DNA from: Eledone cirrhosa
Taxonomy: Eukaryota
Assembly (NCBI GenBank): GCA_964016885.1
Contig: CAXHJY010000276.1
Location: 1-64,000, forward strand
Length of the DNA: 64,000 bases
Direction of reading: 5' to 3'
Shown here: in pieces, positions 19,648 to 35,213 of the stretch
Numbering within the stretch: position 1 is the first letter of the stretch
How the letters are laid out: every line of letters starts with the position of its first letter
Made by a program: the position numbers and the translations under genes
The notes under the pieces: generated by a model
Databases searched by the model: none
The model's input: the letters and a program-made list of their open reading frames with translations, nothing else
What the model was told of the DNA's origin: nothing

Positions 19648-20597
19648 TTAGGTTATTCGATTCACAATCGTAAGGTCGTGAGTTCGATTTCCGGCAGCGC
19701 GTTGGGTCTTTGAGCAAGACACTTTATTTTCACATTGCTCCAATCCACTCAGCTGGCAAAAATGAGTTGTACCTGTAATTCAAAGAGCCAGCCTTGTCAC
19801 ATTTTGTGTCACGCTGAATCTCCTCGATAACTTTGTTAAGGGTACGCGAGTTTGTAGATTGGTCAACCACCTGCACATCAATTTCACGAGCAGGCAGTTC
19901 CGTTGATCGGATCAACTGGAACACTCCTCAGCGTAACCGACAGAGTGCCTGTTAGGTGTCTGTATGGATGCAACATGGCTGAAGGTCGGTTTGCAATCGT
20001 TAGGCTCCGAGTTCGATAGAAATGCGTGACGGCTTGGGTAAGTGTCATCTATCCTAGCCTCAGGTCGACCCATGATTTGTGAATGGAATTGGAAGCCCGT
20101 CTGATGGACTATACCTGTAATTAATAAGGCAAGCCTTGACACACTGTGTTTCGCTGAGTCTTTGAGAATTACATAAAGTGTATACGTGTCTGCAGAATGC
20201 CCAGTTATCATCACCTTCTTGTCTGCAAAGAACTGACAACCATACACACATATATCATTAAGGCCCCACTTGGTCACGGATGACCATGGTTTTGCACCTA
20301 GAAAGTTTCCCTCCGAGGCACAAACCTGGGCAAGCTTTGTTTTGTGGAAGACCAACAGTCATCCATGAACACCAGTCTCCCCTCTCTACGCCACCGATGT
20401 TGTCCAAGGGAAAGGAAATGACAGATACAGCTTGGCACCAGTGACGTCGCAACTCATTTCTACAGCTGAGTAAACTGGAGCAACGAGAAATAAAGTGTAT
20501 TGCTTAAGGACACAACGCATCACCCGGTCCGAGAATCAAACTCACAACCTCTTAAATGCAAGCCCAATGCTCTAACCACTACGCCATGTGCCTTCAC
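19648..20597. mobile_element. Adjacent SINE copies (plus at ~19648-19950, minus at ~20250-20597)
   Basis: Same head and central motif as 17128-17445. 20258-20460 is the reverse complement of the 36380-36560 family sequence. Confidence 0.7.
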
Positions 20598-20607
20598 AAT
20601 ATATATA

Positions 20608-20778
20608 CAGTGAAATTCCGTTATAACGAACTTCACGGGTATAAAAACAATTCGTTGTTACGCAAAATTCTTTATAACAAGATCGACCGAAACAAATCGA
20701 GCGTTTGTTTGTTATGACCGCGCGGAGTGAAAACAATTTCGTTATACTGAGAAATTCGTTATAACGGAATTTTATCTG
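20608..20778. mobile_element. Tc1/mariner-pogo type MITE
   Basis: TIRs cagtgaaattccgttataacgaa and ttcgttataacggaattttatctg, flanked by TA on both sides. Confidence 0.85.
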
Positions 20779-22477
20779 TATATATGATTTTTTTTTTTGT
20801 TATATATATTTTTCGGAATTATACATGAGTAGTTACAAAAATATATATTTTCAATATTTGTTTTTCTGTGGGGGATGCCCAAGTGTCCATCCCGAAAGGA
20901 ACGCCATTGGCAATTGCAATCAGATCAGTTGTATAAATTCTTTGTGCCTGGTCTTTTAGGATGCAAGTGGTGTGATTCTTTATGCAGCAGTAAATGCTAC
21001 AATTGATGGTCATATGACACTATAATTCCACAGTAGATGATGGTGTGAAGAAGGTACCGTTTATTTCCTTGTCTCTTGTACATACCTGTTCCTTGGATGA
21101 AGATGGTATATGTAAATATGGTCTTCTGCATGACTTCCATGTGAGTTCAACAAATATTTACCATTTCTGCTTTCACAATTACTTTTTTTCCAAATCCATT
21201 TAAAAACAAAAGGAAAGCAACTGATAGTCTCTACCCTATATTTACCAGATCACCATTTATTTTACAGAGTGTACTGGGTGCATTTTATTGTGGCACCAAC
21301 ACTAGAAAGGTTGTCAGATACTTGACCGAACCAGAGTGTCCTCTTAGAACAATGTTGTGTTGTTCTGTTCACCCACCACTTTATCCTCCTCCTCCCCCCA
21401 ACAATGAAACTGGTTGAATTGTTAACCTTCGTCTGGCAGTGAAGAAGACAGAAAGTGTTGTCGCTTTTGTCACAACCTATTAAAGCATCAACATTCTTAT
21501 ATTTCTCATTCTTAGACAAAGAGCAAAAAACCCAAAATATTAGAATCGTTACTCCTCTTGGTAACTGAAGTTATAGAATTCTTATACGAACTCTCCTATA
21601 TATAAATTGGCAGGGTCATTACAGCGGCGGAATTCTGGCTCTTCCCAATCAGAGTTCAAATTCCGCTAAAGTTAAGTTTGCCTTTCTTCCTTTCTAGGTC
21701 GATAAATAAAGTATCACTCCAGTACTGGAATCGATTCTTCTCTTTCTCCTCCTCTCTTTCTTCCCCCTCTCTCTCACCCCAATTCCCTCCTCTCTCATAC
21801 ACATTCTGCCTGCCCCTTTCTGCACCTCTCTCTTTCTCTCGCACCTCACCTTTCTCTCTCTCTCGCTCTGAAACTTGTAGAATGGTCCTTGTCAGGTTTT
21901 GAAATGTTCAACAGATGTCATAGATCAGGACGACGAAGTTGCGACAAAGGACAATGCTAAGCTCAAGACCAAGGTCAAGGCCAATATCAGGGCTAATGTC
22001 AAGGACATGAACTGATTGCTGCTGACAGCGGCTATCAACAGCTTCTTGATATTTTGGATTTTACTTTAAACTCTTTTAGTTTCACATTCAGTGTTTCGAA
22101 GAAAGAATTAATGATGGAGGTCATGTGACGAACACATGTCACATATTACATTGGTAAGGCAGAGGAGGAGGCAGGGGAGAATTATGCTCGAAAACTAATT
22201 AATAGGCATTAATAACACGTGTGATAAGAAATAAAACAAACATTTGTTGAGTACTACTTAACATACGTTTTAGAAACTTTACATTTGCCTTCGATCCTTT
22301 CGTGGTCAATAAAGAAGGTACCAGTCTAGTACAGCAGTCGATTCTTTCTCAATATCTCTTTAGCACTTTCTCCCTCTCCCACTCTCAATCCTGTGGAAGA
22401 AATCGGCTGGAGAGGAGATGGGCTCGCCAGGCTTAAAATGCCCAAGAAACTACATTAGGAGTTACGGGACAACATCT

Positions 22478-23810
22478 CACCATACCATAACCACACAACA
22501 CCATATCATACCACTCAATACCATACTATACCTCACCATACCCTACCATATCACACCATTCCATACTATAGCATACCACACCTCATCAAACCATACCATA
22601 CCACACGATACGATACGATACGATACCATTCCATCACATACCATATTGTACCATACCACACCATACCATACCATTCCACACCATACCATGCCATGGTATA
22701 TCATACTATGCCTTCTATGTCATACCATACCACACCATACCACACCACACCACACTGCACCATACCACACCATACTATACCACACCATACCACACCACAT
22801 CACATCACACCCTACCATACCACACCATACGATACCATACCACACTACACCACACCATAACATATCATAATTGCCATGCCATACCATTCCATACAACACC
22901 ATACCACACCGTTCACCACCACACTATACACCACCATATCATGCCATAGTTCATCATACCATACCAGACCGTTCCACACCATACCATACCACACCCTACC
23001 ATACCATGCCGCAACAATACCATACCACACCATACACCACCATACCATGCCATAGTATATCATACTATGCCATGCCATTCCATACCACACCATACCAGAC
23101 TACACCACACTGCACCACACCATACCATACCATACCAAACCACACCATACCCCACCGCACCATACTATACTATACTATACCACACCACACCATACCATTC
23201 CATACCACATGATACTATACCACACGATACTATATCACGCTATACCATACCACACCATACTATACCATACAACACCACACGATACTATACCATACCACAC
23301 CATACCATACCACACCATTCCATACCACACCACACCACACCATACCATCCCATAAAATACCAGACCATACCATACCACACCATATCATACCACACCACAC
23401 CATACCACACCACACCATATTACACCATACCACACTATACTCCACCACACCACACCATACCATACCACACCATATCACACCACACCCTACCACACTACAC
23501 CTTACCACACTATACTCCACCACACCACACCATACCATCCACACCACACCGCACCATACCACACCACACCATACAATACAATACCATACCATACCACACC
23601 ACACCATATAATACCACACCACACCACATCATACCACGCCATACCACACCATACCATACCACACCACATCATACCACACCACACCACACCACACCACATC
23701 ATACCATACCATAAGACACTACCATAACACACCATATTATACCATACCACATCACACCACACCACACCACACCACACCACACCACACCACACCACACCAT
23801 ACCATCCCAT
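22478..23810. repeat. (CACCA/TACCA)n pentanucleotide satellite
   Basis: Direct reading; source of the HHTIPY/WYGMV ORFs. Confidence 0.95.
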
Positions 23811-24212
23811 ATCTATTTGTTGGCTACTGATTCGATCACAAGAGGAGTTATTGTACCAATACATATTCAACATAGATTCAATACTCTGAAATATGCAAAA
23901 GGCAATTAAATTTAAAAGAACATTGAAAGAATATATTCGAGGGTAGAATTTTATTACATTGCACCAAATAGAAATTTACACAGGGGAACCATTACTTGTC
24001 ATCAAATTAATCACGTGCACACACACATATATACAAACACACACGATACTCTTAAAATACACACACATTCACAAGTACACACTTATACATACATATACAC
24101 ACATATACACACACAAACATTTATAGTCTCTTTTTCAAAAATAGAAACACGTACAACAAAGAAAATAATAACATTTTGTATTTCTGTTCCTCCGGCTAGG
24201 CTTTACACACAC

Positions 24213-24319
<107 letters not shown>

Positions 24320-26789
24320 ATGACAATTACGAGACTCTACCACAAGACAGATACCACTCACTTGGACATCTAGACATGTGCAAACGATAGGACACCCAAA
24401 TTCCAAGTCTTCTCACTTTATCTTTGCACTGACAGTACAACAGACCAAATACGAATAAATAAGGAAAATATGGTTATTCAAAATTGTAGACCAGCATTAA
24501 ATATAGTTTAATATACGTTAATATGTTAACAGCATAACATGTTAACGAGCCACACATACACACAAACACACATACATAACACCATTCTCTATATTCGAAA
24601 ATAAAAGACCAGAGCTAAATATATTTTAAAATACGTTAATATTTTAACACCTTAACATGCTAACCTACCCCCTCCCCCCACACACACAGACATAACACCC
24701 TTCTTCATTTCTACTAATGGAATCATTTTTATTTCTATTATCAACACGGTAAACACACACACCCGCACACACAAACATATATATTTCTCTTTTCTACCCT
24801 GCCACCACTATCGCCGCCGCCACCACTATCGACACACATTCAATTTATTTTAATAGAAAGTCTGAATTTTGTCACCTCAGCACGACATCAGCCATACTCA
24901 CTGAACCAGAACTATTTCTCCCCTCCCATTTCTTGACCATTGGTGTATTGGCAGTATCGGTAGAGAGTCGGACACCATGCTTTCCAGCATAGTTACGTCC
25001 CTTTACAGTCTGAGTTCAAATCCCGCCGAGGTTTACTTTGCCTTTCATCCTTACGGGGTCAATAAAATAAAGTACCAGTAATACACTGAGTAATTGCTGG
25101 CCTTGTGCCTAAAGTAGAAACAATTATCTTTTGTTAGCCACAAAACTTTCTATGACAAACCATCATTCTCTGGCACTTATATTATATGGCCAATCATGTG
25201 ACTGTGAAAATGGTAGTAAAGAACTCTCAAAGTCAAACTGGCGCGAAATTTGATGTACTTATTCACGTGACAGACCCAACCTAATTGCACTTATAAAAAA
25301 AAACAATTTGAGCCACATTTTTAAAGGCAAATACAATAAGAACTTTGGAACGCGAACTGGCGTGACAGTCATCAACCAACCAAATTAAATAATTTAAAAA
25401 CAAACAAAAAACAAAACAAAAAAAACACAGCAATTCGAGCCTCTCATTCCACATAAAACAGAAAGAACTTTCGAACACCAACCAGATGCGAGAAAAACCA
25501 CAAACCCTTCATCTCAATTCTACTTTTGAAAAGCATAAGAACTGTGAAACCGGTAAAGGAAATAAATAAATATTCTTAAAAAGACTCCAGTTGCATTTTC
25601 GATTTTTTTTCCTTATGCTTTAACCCGTGTAGGACATCTCGTTTTTTTATTAAAAAAAAAACTAATTTTCTTATATATATAGTGGCAGAACACTGGTGGG
25701 TTATATCTGCAGTAGTAGAGCACTCAGTCCGTGGGACGAGTTTGGTAGAAGTAGTTCCACAACAATTAGTAAACCATTTCCGAGAACAATTTGATTCATC
25801 AGCTCGGTTTAAATATCTGTGTGTGTGTGTGAGTAAGTGTTTATGTATGAGTGTGTGTGTGTTTTAAGAATATAGACAGGGCTCAGAAGCAGGGGGAGTA
25901 TTTTCATATAAAGAATAGAATTAACAATTAAAAGTGGGTTATATAGAAGTAAATGAGCAAATGGTTAAATAAATTAGTAAAAAGGATCAAAGAAAATGAG
26001 GAAAATATAAGGGCTTAAAAACAGGCAATATGGGTTGGTAACCAGTGATAAAGTGTATGTACCATGTGTATGTATACTGCTTACTGGGGAGTTTTAGAAG
26101 GTTTTACATAGAAATACATGAATAAATGAATCAATTATTACTTTAATAAAAGAAATGGAGTGTGGTATAAAATTAGAGAGCAAATAAATGGGTAGATGGA
26201 AAGAGTGGGTGAAGTATGCACACACAGGCACAATCACATTCATACATGTACACATACATACTCGTGTGCACACATACATACACACACACATTCATGCATA
26301 TTGATATGCTTAAATGTACGCATGCATGCACAGTCAAGTACAAGCACATATGTATGCATATGCACATCCGTGCACAGTCTCACATGCAATCACACACGCC
26401 CATGCATGACCATATGGGGAGCAGAGGTGGTAAAATTGTTTGCACACACGCACCTACATGTATCATACACATACACGCACATGTGTAGGTGCTACATTCA
26501 TATACCCATACAAGAATCATGGAATAGGTTTTAAGGATTTCTGCTCATATACACATGGGAAGTACAGTATGTAAAAGGAAACTTACAGGTGAGTAGTGGT
26601 TGGTTGATGGTTCAATGTTGGTAATAGGTGGGTATATTAGGTGAGGGGTCTGGGCCCGAGGTTTCTGCATGTGGATTCCCAGGGGAGGTTGGGGTGCTTC
26701 GGCAGGAATGTTGAGTGGGGCTTAGTCCAGATACAGGTCGCTGCGCGGGTTTAAATGCCGAGTGGCTCAGTTTCCAGCGCTTGGTAGGT

Positions 26790-27010
26790 GTGGATCATTA
26801 GTCTCTAGGATCGTTTGGTAGTTTGAGGCATAGGTATTTTTATGTATGTGGAGCATACATTTGGTCACTAGTTCAGATCTTTTATTTATTAATGTGTCTC
26901 TGTCAACAATATGCATAGTGATTCGGTCGAGCACAAGTTTCAGCAGTCTCTTCGTCCTGAGTAGGGTAGGGCCCTGGTGATGGTGGTCCAGCGCAATTGG
27001 TCTATTCTTT
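26790..27010 (-). mobile_element. Degraded Penelope-like element, GIY-YIG endonuclease C-terminus
   Basis: Minus frames give WTTITRALPYSGRRDC*NLCSTESLCIL and LINKRSELVTKC, matching the W...PY...C.LC..E...LNKRSEL..KC ending of PLE ORFs. Confidence 0.75.
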
Positions 27011-27362
27011 ATTAAACATGCTCCCTCTAAGCCCTGTCTATAAATAGCCTTACCCCTCACCCCTCCACCCCTATTCCTATGACCATAATGCCTCTTCTAA
27101 TCCTATTCCACTCATACACACTAACCATCCTACCTCCACCCATAGTACTTACTTCTGACCCCTTGCCCGTTCCGATACATTTACCCTTCTCTCCCCCACC
27201 ATTTTCTCCATCAGACCAGTTTACTACTATGATAAATTCAATCAAAGTACTACCAAGACTGGTGACCTATTTTCTCACACCCTACAAATATTACTACACC
27301 CTTGAAAAAAGCTTGCTGAACACACAAGCCGAAACCGCTTGGCACTGCGGTAGGGAATTTAC

Positions 27363-27505
27363 ATATCTCTATACCCACTCTACATCTCGCCATGCATTGA
27401 GTACTCCCATGATATATATATATATATGCGGTGCTGAGACCGAGGAAACCACTAATCATGGGAGTACTCAATGCATGGCGAGATGTAGAGTGGGTATAGA
27501 GATAT
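27363..27505. repeat. Perfect 51-bp inverted repeat with 41-bp spacer
   Basis: 27363-27413 is the reverse complement of 27455-27505. Confidence 0.92.
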
Positions 27506-27705
27506 CTAGGGAGTGTAACTTGGAGTTACTGTAGGTTCGCCCGGGTGAGCACTTGATGTTTAGGTTCACTTCTGTGTCGAGGTGCGGATTACAGAGTCGG
27601 GTAAGATCGATACAGATCGAACCTTGAGCTGATCAGTGGCGAAACGCGCGTCACCAACCAATAAATGTAATGAAGGAGTAACCAACCGTCCTTGTTATCT
27701 TTTCA

Positions 27706-27786
<81 letters not shown>

Positions 27787-27789
<3 letters not shown>

Positions 27790-28524
27790 TAGAATCTTGC
27801 AGTACGAGTGCCCTATTGTATGAGTAATTTGCTGTACGAGCCGAGGCCCGTGCGAATTTTTGTCTTGTAATACGAATGGAAATCTGCAGTACGAGCGAGT
27901 TCCATACAAGTGACCGCTAGTCGGCGCTGAGCTCACGCTCTCCCAACAAATGCAGCCTCCGCTCCCTCAGTTCACGTGTTTTTCTCGTTTTCCTTTTTTA
28001 GTTTTGTTCGTTTTTTGCTATTATTTTATAATAATTAGTTGTGTTAGCACTGGGTCCTAAGAAGGTTAGTGCAAAGGACAGTGCTGGATGAAGAAAAAGG
28101 CTGATAAACATGATAGAGGAGTGCATATAGTGGACATAGCATGTCAATACGACCGGAGCATGTTGACAATCTGCACCATCCCGAAGAAAAAGGACGAGTT
28201 CAAGGCTGTTACAGCAGCAAAGGGTGTCTCCAGGCACTCCAAGCAACGCACATCTGTCCTCGAAATTAATAAAACCAGTTGGCATATTTATTTTGCATTC
28301 TCTTTTATTATGTTTTATAATTGTCATTTTCCTTGTAACTGCACCTTTTCTGTTTTAAAACCAATAAAAAAGGATTTTTTGGTGGTTGGGGGTGGGGGTG
28401 GAACGGAGTAAGTATATTTTAATTAATTTCAATGGGAAAAATTGATTTGTAAAACGAGTAAATCGTAAAACGAGCTCAGTCATAAAACGAATTAAACTCG
28501 TACTGCGAGGTATCACTCACTGTA
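27787..28524 (+). mobile_element. Internally deleted Tigger/pogo DNA transposon
   Basis: Imperfect TIRs (gcagtacgagt / actcgtactgc). The internal frame KHDRGVHIVDIACQYDRSMLTICTIPKKKDEFKAVTAAKGV resembles the CENP-B/Tigger N-terminal HTH. Confidence 0.8.
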
Positions 28525-29001
28525 TAACATATTAAATTTAAGTGAAAAATCTCTATGAGAGTATAAGCCAGACAGATCAAAAACATTTAAAATTTATCTC
28601 ACTTATATATCGATCCCCCTACCATGGTTTCATTTGTGGAAGAAGCAACTATTGGAAAATACCAATATTTGAAGAATTCACACATTCGTCAATTGAGTAT
28701 TCTTCAGTTCAGAGACCATATTTATCATGAAATTCTACATATCAGTTGCCGATCCAGCATGTACAAAAACACGCTTTTTCTAGCAAATACGTTATTCGCT
28801 CACTGTCCACCTTACTACCCTTCTATGACCACTGTATCATGTGTTAATTTCTCTCTCCGCCTCCCGAGAGATTCTCACTTGACACGTAGGAAACAGTCTC
28901 ATTTTTTGGCCACAAATTCGCGTGTTAATTTCTCCCTCCGCCCCCAGAGATTTTCTCCTTTGCTACAAACGCGTCAAAAAACAGTCCTTTTTTCTGAAGG
29001 G

Positions 29002-29094
29002 GTCTCTTGATAAGCCGTATCAACCTCACAGCGATGATGCATTTTTATAGTGCAGATATCATTGTACACGGATCGGCGAAACTGCAGTCGGGAC
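29002..29094 (+). ncRNA. Type I hammerhead ribozyme with U3-A8 variant core
   Basis: gtctc-TTGATAA-gccg(t)atc...gatcggc-GAAA-CTGCAG-TC-gggac. All three stems form, stem III is palindromic, and the cleavage triplet is GUC. Confidence 0.7.
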
Positions 29095-29342
29095 TTTGAA
29101 GAAAAATAGGTATATTTTTGTCTATTATTTCCTCATATTTTGTAATTTGATAAATAGCTCTGATTATTGAGTTATCTTAATTATTTTGATTATTTTAGCT
29201 CTCTCGGTCATTGAGTAAAATTAGTTAAGGCGGACACAACACACACACATATACATATGAGTATGTGTGTGTGTTTCGTTATTATATATCTATATATATT
29301 TCAGTAACATGGTTTGACAAAATTCCAAGGTATAGATATGCA

Positions 29343-29394
<52 letters not shown>

Positions 29395-30249
29395 CACGAG
29401 CCCACACACATGCATATGTATATAGATATACATTGGAACCTTGTCAAAACATGTGTTACTGAAAGTTTCAAATCCTTAGACATAGTTTGATTGTTCTTAT
29501 CTCCTCCGCGTGCGAAGAATGTTGTTTTCCTTCCGTTTGCAGAGAACTCTGGGTGAAAGGGCCATAGACTGATTTATTGTGAAGCAGGCATAAGGGGAGA
29601 TTACTTTAGGGGAGCTGTTAGCAGGGACATCCATGAAGAAGGAGTTATATCTCTTGTTACGACATCTGAAATTACGCTGGACTATAAAAATAATTGTTTC
29701 TACTTTTGGCACAAGGCCAGCAATTACTCAGTACATTACTGGTACTTTATTTTATCGACCCTGTAAGGATGAAAGGCAAAGTTAACCTCGGCGGGATTTG
29801 AACTCAGACCGTAAAGGGCGTCCGTCCCTCTACCGATACTGCCGAGAAATGAAACAGTAGGATGAAATAATTAAATTAGAATTAAATAAATTAAATTAAA
29901 TTAGTGTTAAGGTAAAAAAAAAAATGCTGTTTTCTTTATCTAACATTAAATTATAAGCTACCTTTACCAATGACTGTGATAGCTAGAATGAATTGATCTA
30001 TAGGTAGAAAACTAATGATACAAATGATCGTTGTGAGAATGGTAAATTAATAATGGGGTTTAGGTTGTGGTATTCCAATTCTATCAATAAGAACTCTAGA
30101 GAGGAATGTGTTAATAGTAAAATATAGGGAAAATTAAGAATATATATATATTGTTTTTTGTTGTTGGGTGGGGCTGGTGGAAGAATTATAAAAGTAAAGA
30201 ATAAGAAAGTGAGTTAAAGAAAATTTTTGGTCAAAGTTCTGCTGAATGC

Positions 30250-31400
30250 AATGATTGTTTCATGGTGGTGGTGATCAAAACTTTAAAGTTTAAAATACGC
30301 GTATACTGGGTGCAGCAGTGTGGACAAGTACTGAACATCTTGCTGTTGGTGTTTAAACAAGCACCTATTTCTGGCGGGCATTTCAGTATGAGCTCCTCTC
30401 AGCAGTACAGATCATTTTCTACTCTTCCTTTAATATCTGCTTCTCTCAACGATCTCGAGATCTCTCTATTAATTACCAGATGTAACTTGAGAGCCTCGTT
30501 TCGTGTCGTTTTCTCAGTACCTAACAAATGTAGTGGGAATGTTAAACCTCGCCCACACTCCCATAATATCTATATAGCATTTTGGGCAGGTACTATAGTC
30601 CGGGTTCAACTAAATTCTGTTTTGTATCCGTTTATAAAACACATATCACCGTTTCTACAGGAACAACTGACATCGATAGGTGGAGTAGGTTTATACGAAA
30701 TTATGTTTTTCCTGTTAGGAGAAGAACTAAAGTTTACCTTAAGATTATGCTTGCTAAACAATTCAAATGCGGAAGTTTCAAAGTCTAAAGTCTGTCTCAA
30801 GCCCGGAGGCTCACCAGGCCGGAGCCTATCCCAGTTTCCGTGCAGTTAACCGACTGAGCGTACAAGACTCTTCCTGGACAAGACGCCAGTCCATCACAGG
30901 GTTAAACCCCCAGCTATTGTTGGTACTCATTTTCAGCTGAATATACTGGAGCAACGTCAAATAAAGTGTCCCCCACTAAAAAAAAACAACACCTAACTCC
31001 GTAAAGGAACCGAACCCACGACATCATGATTGTAAGTCCAACACCTTTACCACTAGGTCACGCGCCTCTACAATTGGTGAGTGCTTATTTATTAATTCTA
31101 AAAAGGCTTGGCGTAAGTTTTGATATTTAGTGAGAAGGGATAGGGTGTTTTCGTTTTTTTGTGGGGGTCTGGATTGTAGGTATAGCAAATCCTATCTTTA
31201 AAGACGCTCGATCCTAGGGCGTCATTATAGTAAGGGGCCGTCCTGTTGAACATCTCTTTAATGAAGGAAAAATTAGAGATTCTTCTATTTATATTTTCAA
31301 CCAAAGTCTTAAAATAATAATACTTAACGTTTATATAGGCAAGTGTTTTGCTAGGTTTTCAAAGGAGGTTGTAAATCTAGGGTGATAGCCAGGAAGTGTA
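30250..31400 (-). mobile_element. Degraded Penelope-like element (RT thumb, linker, toward GIY-YIG), interrupted by a SINE at ~30787-31071
   Basis: INRRISNFS...FNRTAPYYNDAL...PFSLNIKT and LFSKHNLKVNFSSSPN...CSCRNGDMCFING match the PLE thumb and cysteine-linker pattern. Confidence 0.78.
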
Positions 31401-32393
31401 TTATGGCTAAATTAGTTTCTATCTATAGGCATTTATAGTTTTTTCCATGGGCATGCTTTTATGTTTTTCGATGTATAGTCATTTTCATAAGTTTTTCCAT
31501 GGGCATTCTTTTATGTTTTTCCATAGGCGATCTCTTATGATCTTTCTACGTACAAAGAGAATAACAAAATGTCCTTCATATTTGTTTAAATATTTAAAGT
31601 AAGGTTTATAAACGTCTGAAAGACATTTACTCCAGTGCTTTAATGTTTCTGTCGTTCATTTGCCCCGTCATCTTTAAATGTATAGAGGAGAAAAAAACAA
31701 GAGATACCAGGGGTTTATACGCAGGTTGATGTAAGGTCGTTAACTCCCATGGAGTTAACGACCTTACAACAGGCAGAGTCCACCCTTCTTTAAGTAGGAA
31801 TACAGCCAATTGTTTTGTGTGTGAAAGAGAATTGACCTTAGACCTGAAGTGGTGCTTTATTTATTGACTTTGAGAGAATGAAATGCAAATTGACCTCTGC
31901 GGGATTTGAACTCAGAGTGCAGTGAGCGGGAGGGAACAAATACCGAAGCATTTTCAATCCAACACTCTAACTACTCTGACAGTTCGCAATCATACACATG
32001 AAGAGTGCAGAGAAAGCTATGCGATTAAGATGTTTCCTTTGCAGCCACGTGCTCCCATGTTCAATACTCAGGCAAGTATGTATATTTTATTGTAATCACG
32101 GGTTGGGCCTTGTTTCGGGAGTAAAATTTAGTAGGTTGTCGATTCGGCAGTCGTTAGAACATTGGGTACTTGCTTCAGGTTCCTACGTCCGAATTTCAAA
32201 GCCTACCGAGGTCTACTTTGTCTTTCGATTTCTTGGGGTAGATAAAGAAAGTAGCAACCGAGTGCTGATGCAACCCCCTCTCCTCCAGTTCTTACTGTTG
32301 CTGAATCAACAGAAGGAGAGTAGAGTCTGTCTATGTCTGCTCCTCGGTACATTACATACTACCAAATCATACTCGATTGCGAGTGACAGCCGT

Positions 32394-33580
<1,187 letters not shown>

Positions 33581-33916
33581 ATAATATAAGATCAAAAGAT
33601 GGTTAAAGGAGTTCCATGTATTTTATTATGCGCATTTCAAAAACAAACATTATCATGCAATAATATTTGTGTTTTCATCAGATAAAACAGGAGAACATGA
33701 TATGAAGGCTAAAAAACACTTGTGGATAGTACAGTTTTAAATCAACATATGTTGATTTAAAACTGTACTATCCACAAGTGTTTTTTAGCCTTCATATCAT
33801 GTTCTCCTGTTTTATCTGATGAAAACACAAATATTATTGCATGATAATGTTTGTTTTTGAAATGCGCATAATAAAATACATGGAACTCCTTTAACCATCT
33901 TTTGATCTTATATTAT
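33581..33916. repeat. Perfect 336-bp palindrome (168-bp arms, no spacer)
   Basis: Centre caacat|atgttg at 33748/33749. The arms match out to ataatataag / cttatattat. Confidence 0.95.
33810..33876 (+). ncRNA. Type I hammerhead ribozyme (mirror copy on minus strand at 33621-33687)
   Basis: ttttat-CTGATGA-aaacacaaatattat-tgcatg-ataatgtttgttttt-GAAA-TGCGCA-TA-ataaaa. The core is canonical, stem III is palindromic, and the triplet is AUA. Confidence 0.8.
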
Positions 33917-34004
33917 GCATACTCCAGTCCTACAAACTGTAGAGTGCTTCTTATCCGATATCTGCATTGCTTTATTGTACTACAATAAAACTCACCTCCT
34001 ACAT

Positions 34005-35213
<1,209 letters not shown>

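Noticed and set aside
30262-30849. 195-aa plus-strand ORF
   Set aside because: It is the antisense of the degraded Penelope fragment running into a SINE, with no recognisable protein.
31612-31685. Minus-strand GAAA-catt...aatg-TC motif near the Penelope relic
   Set aside because: Stem III is plausible but CUGANGA and stem I are not intact, so it is not called as a ribozyme.
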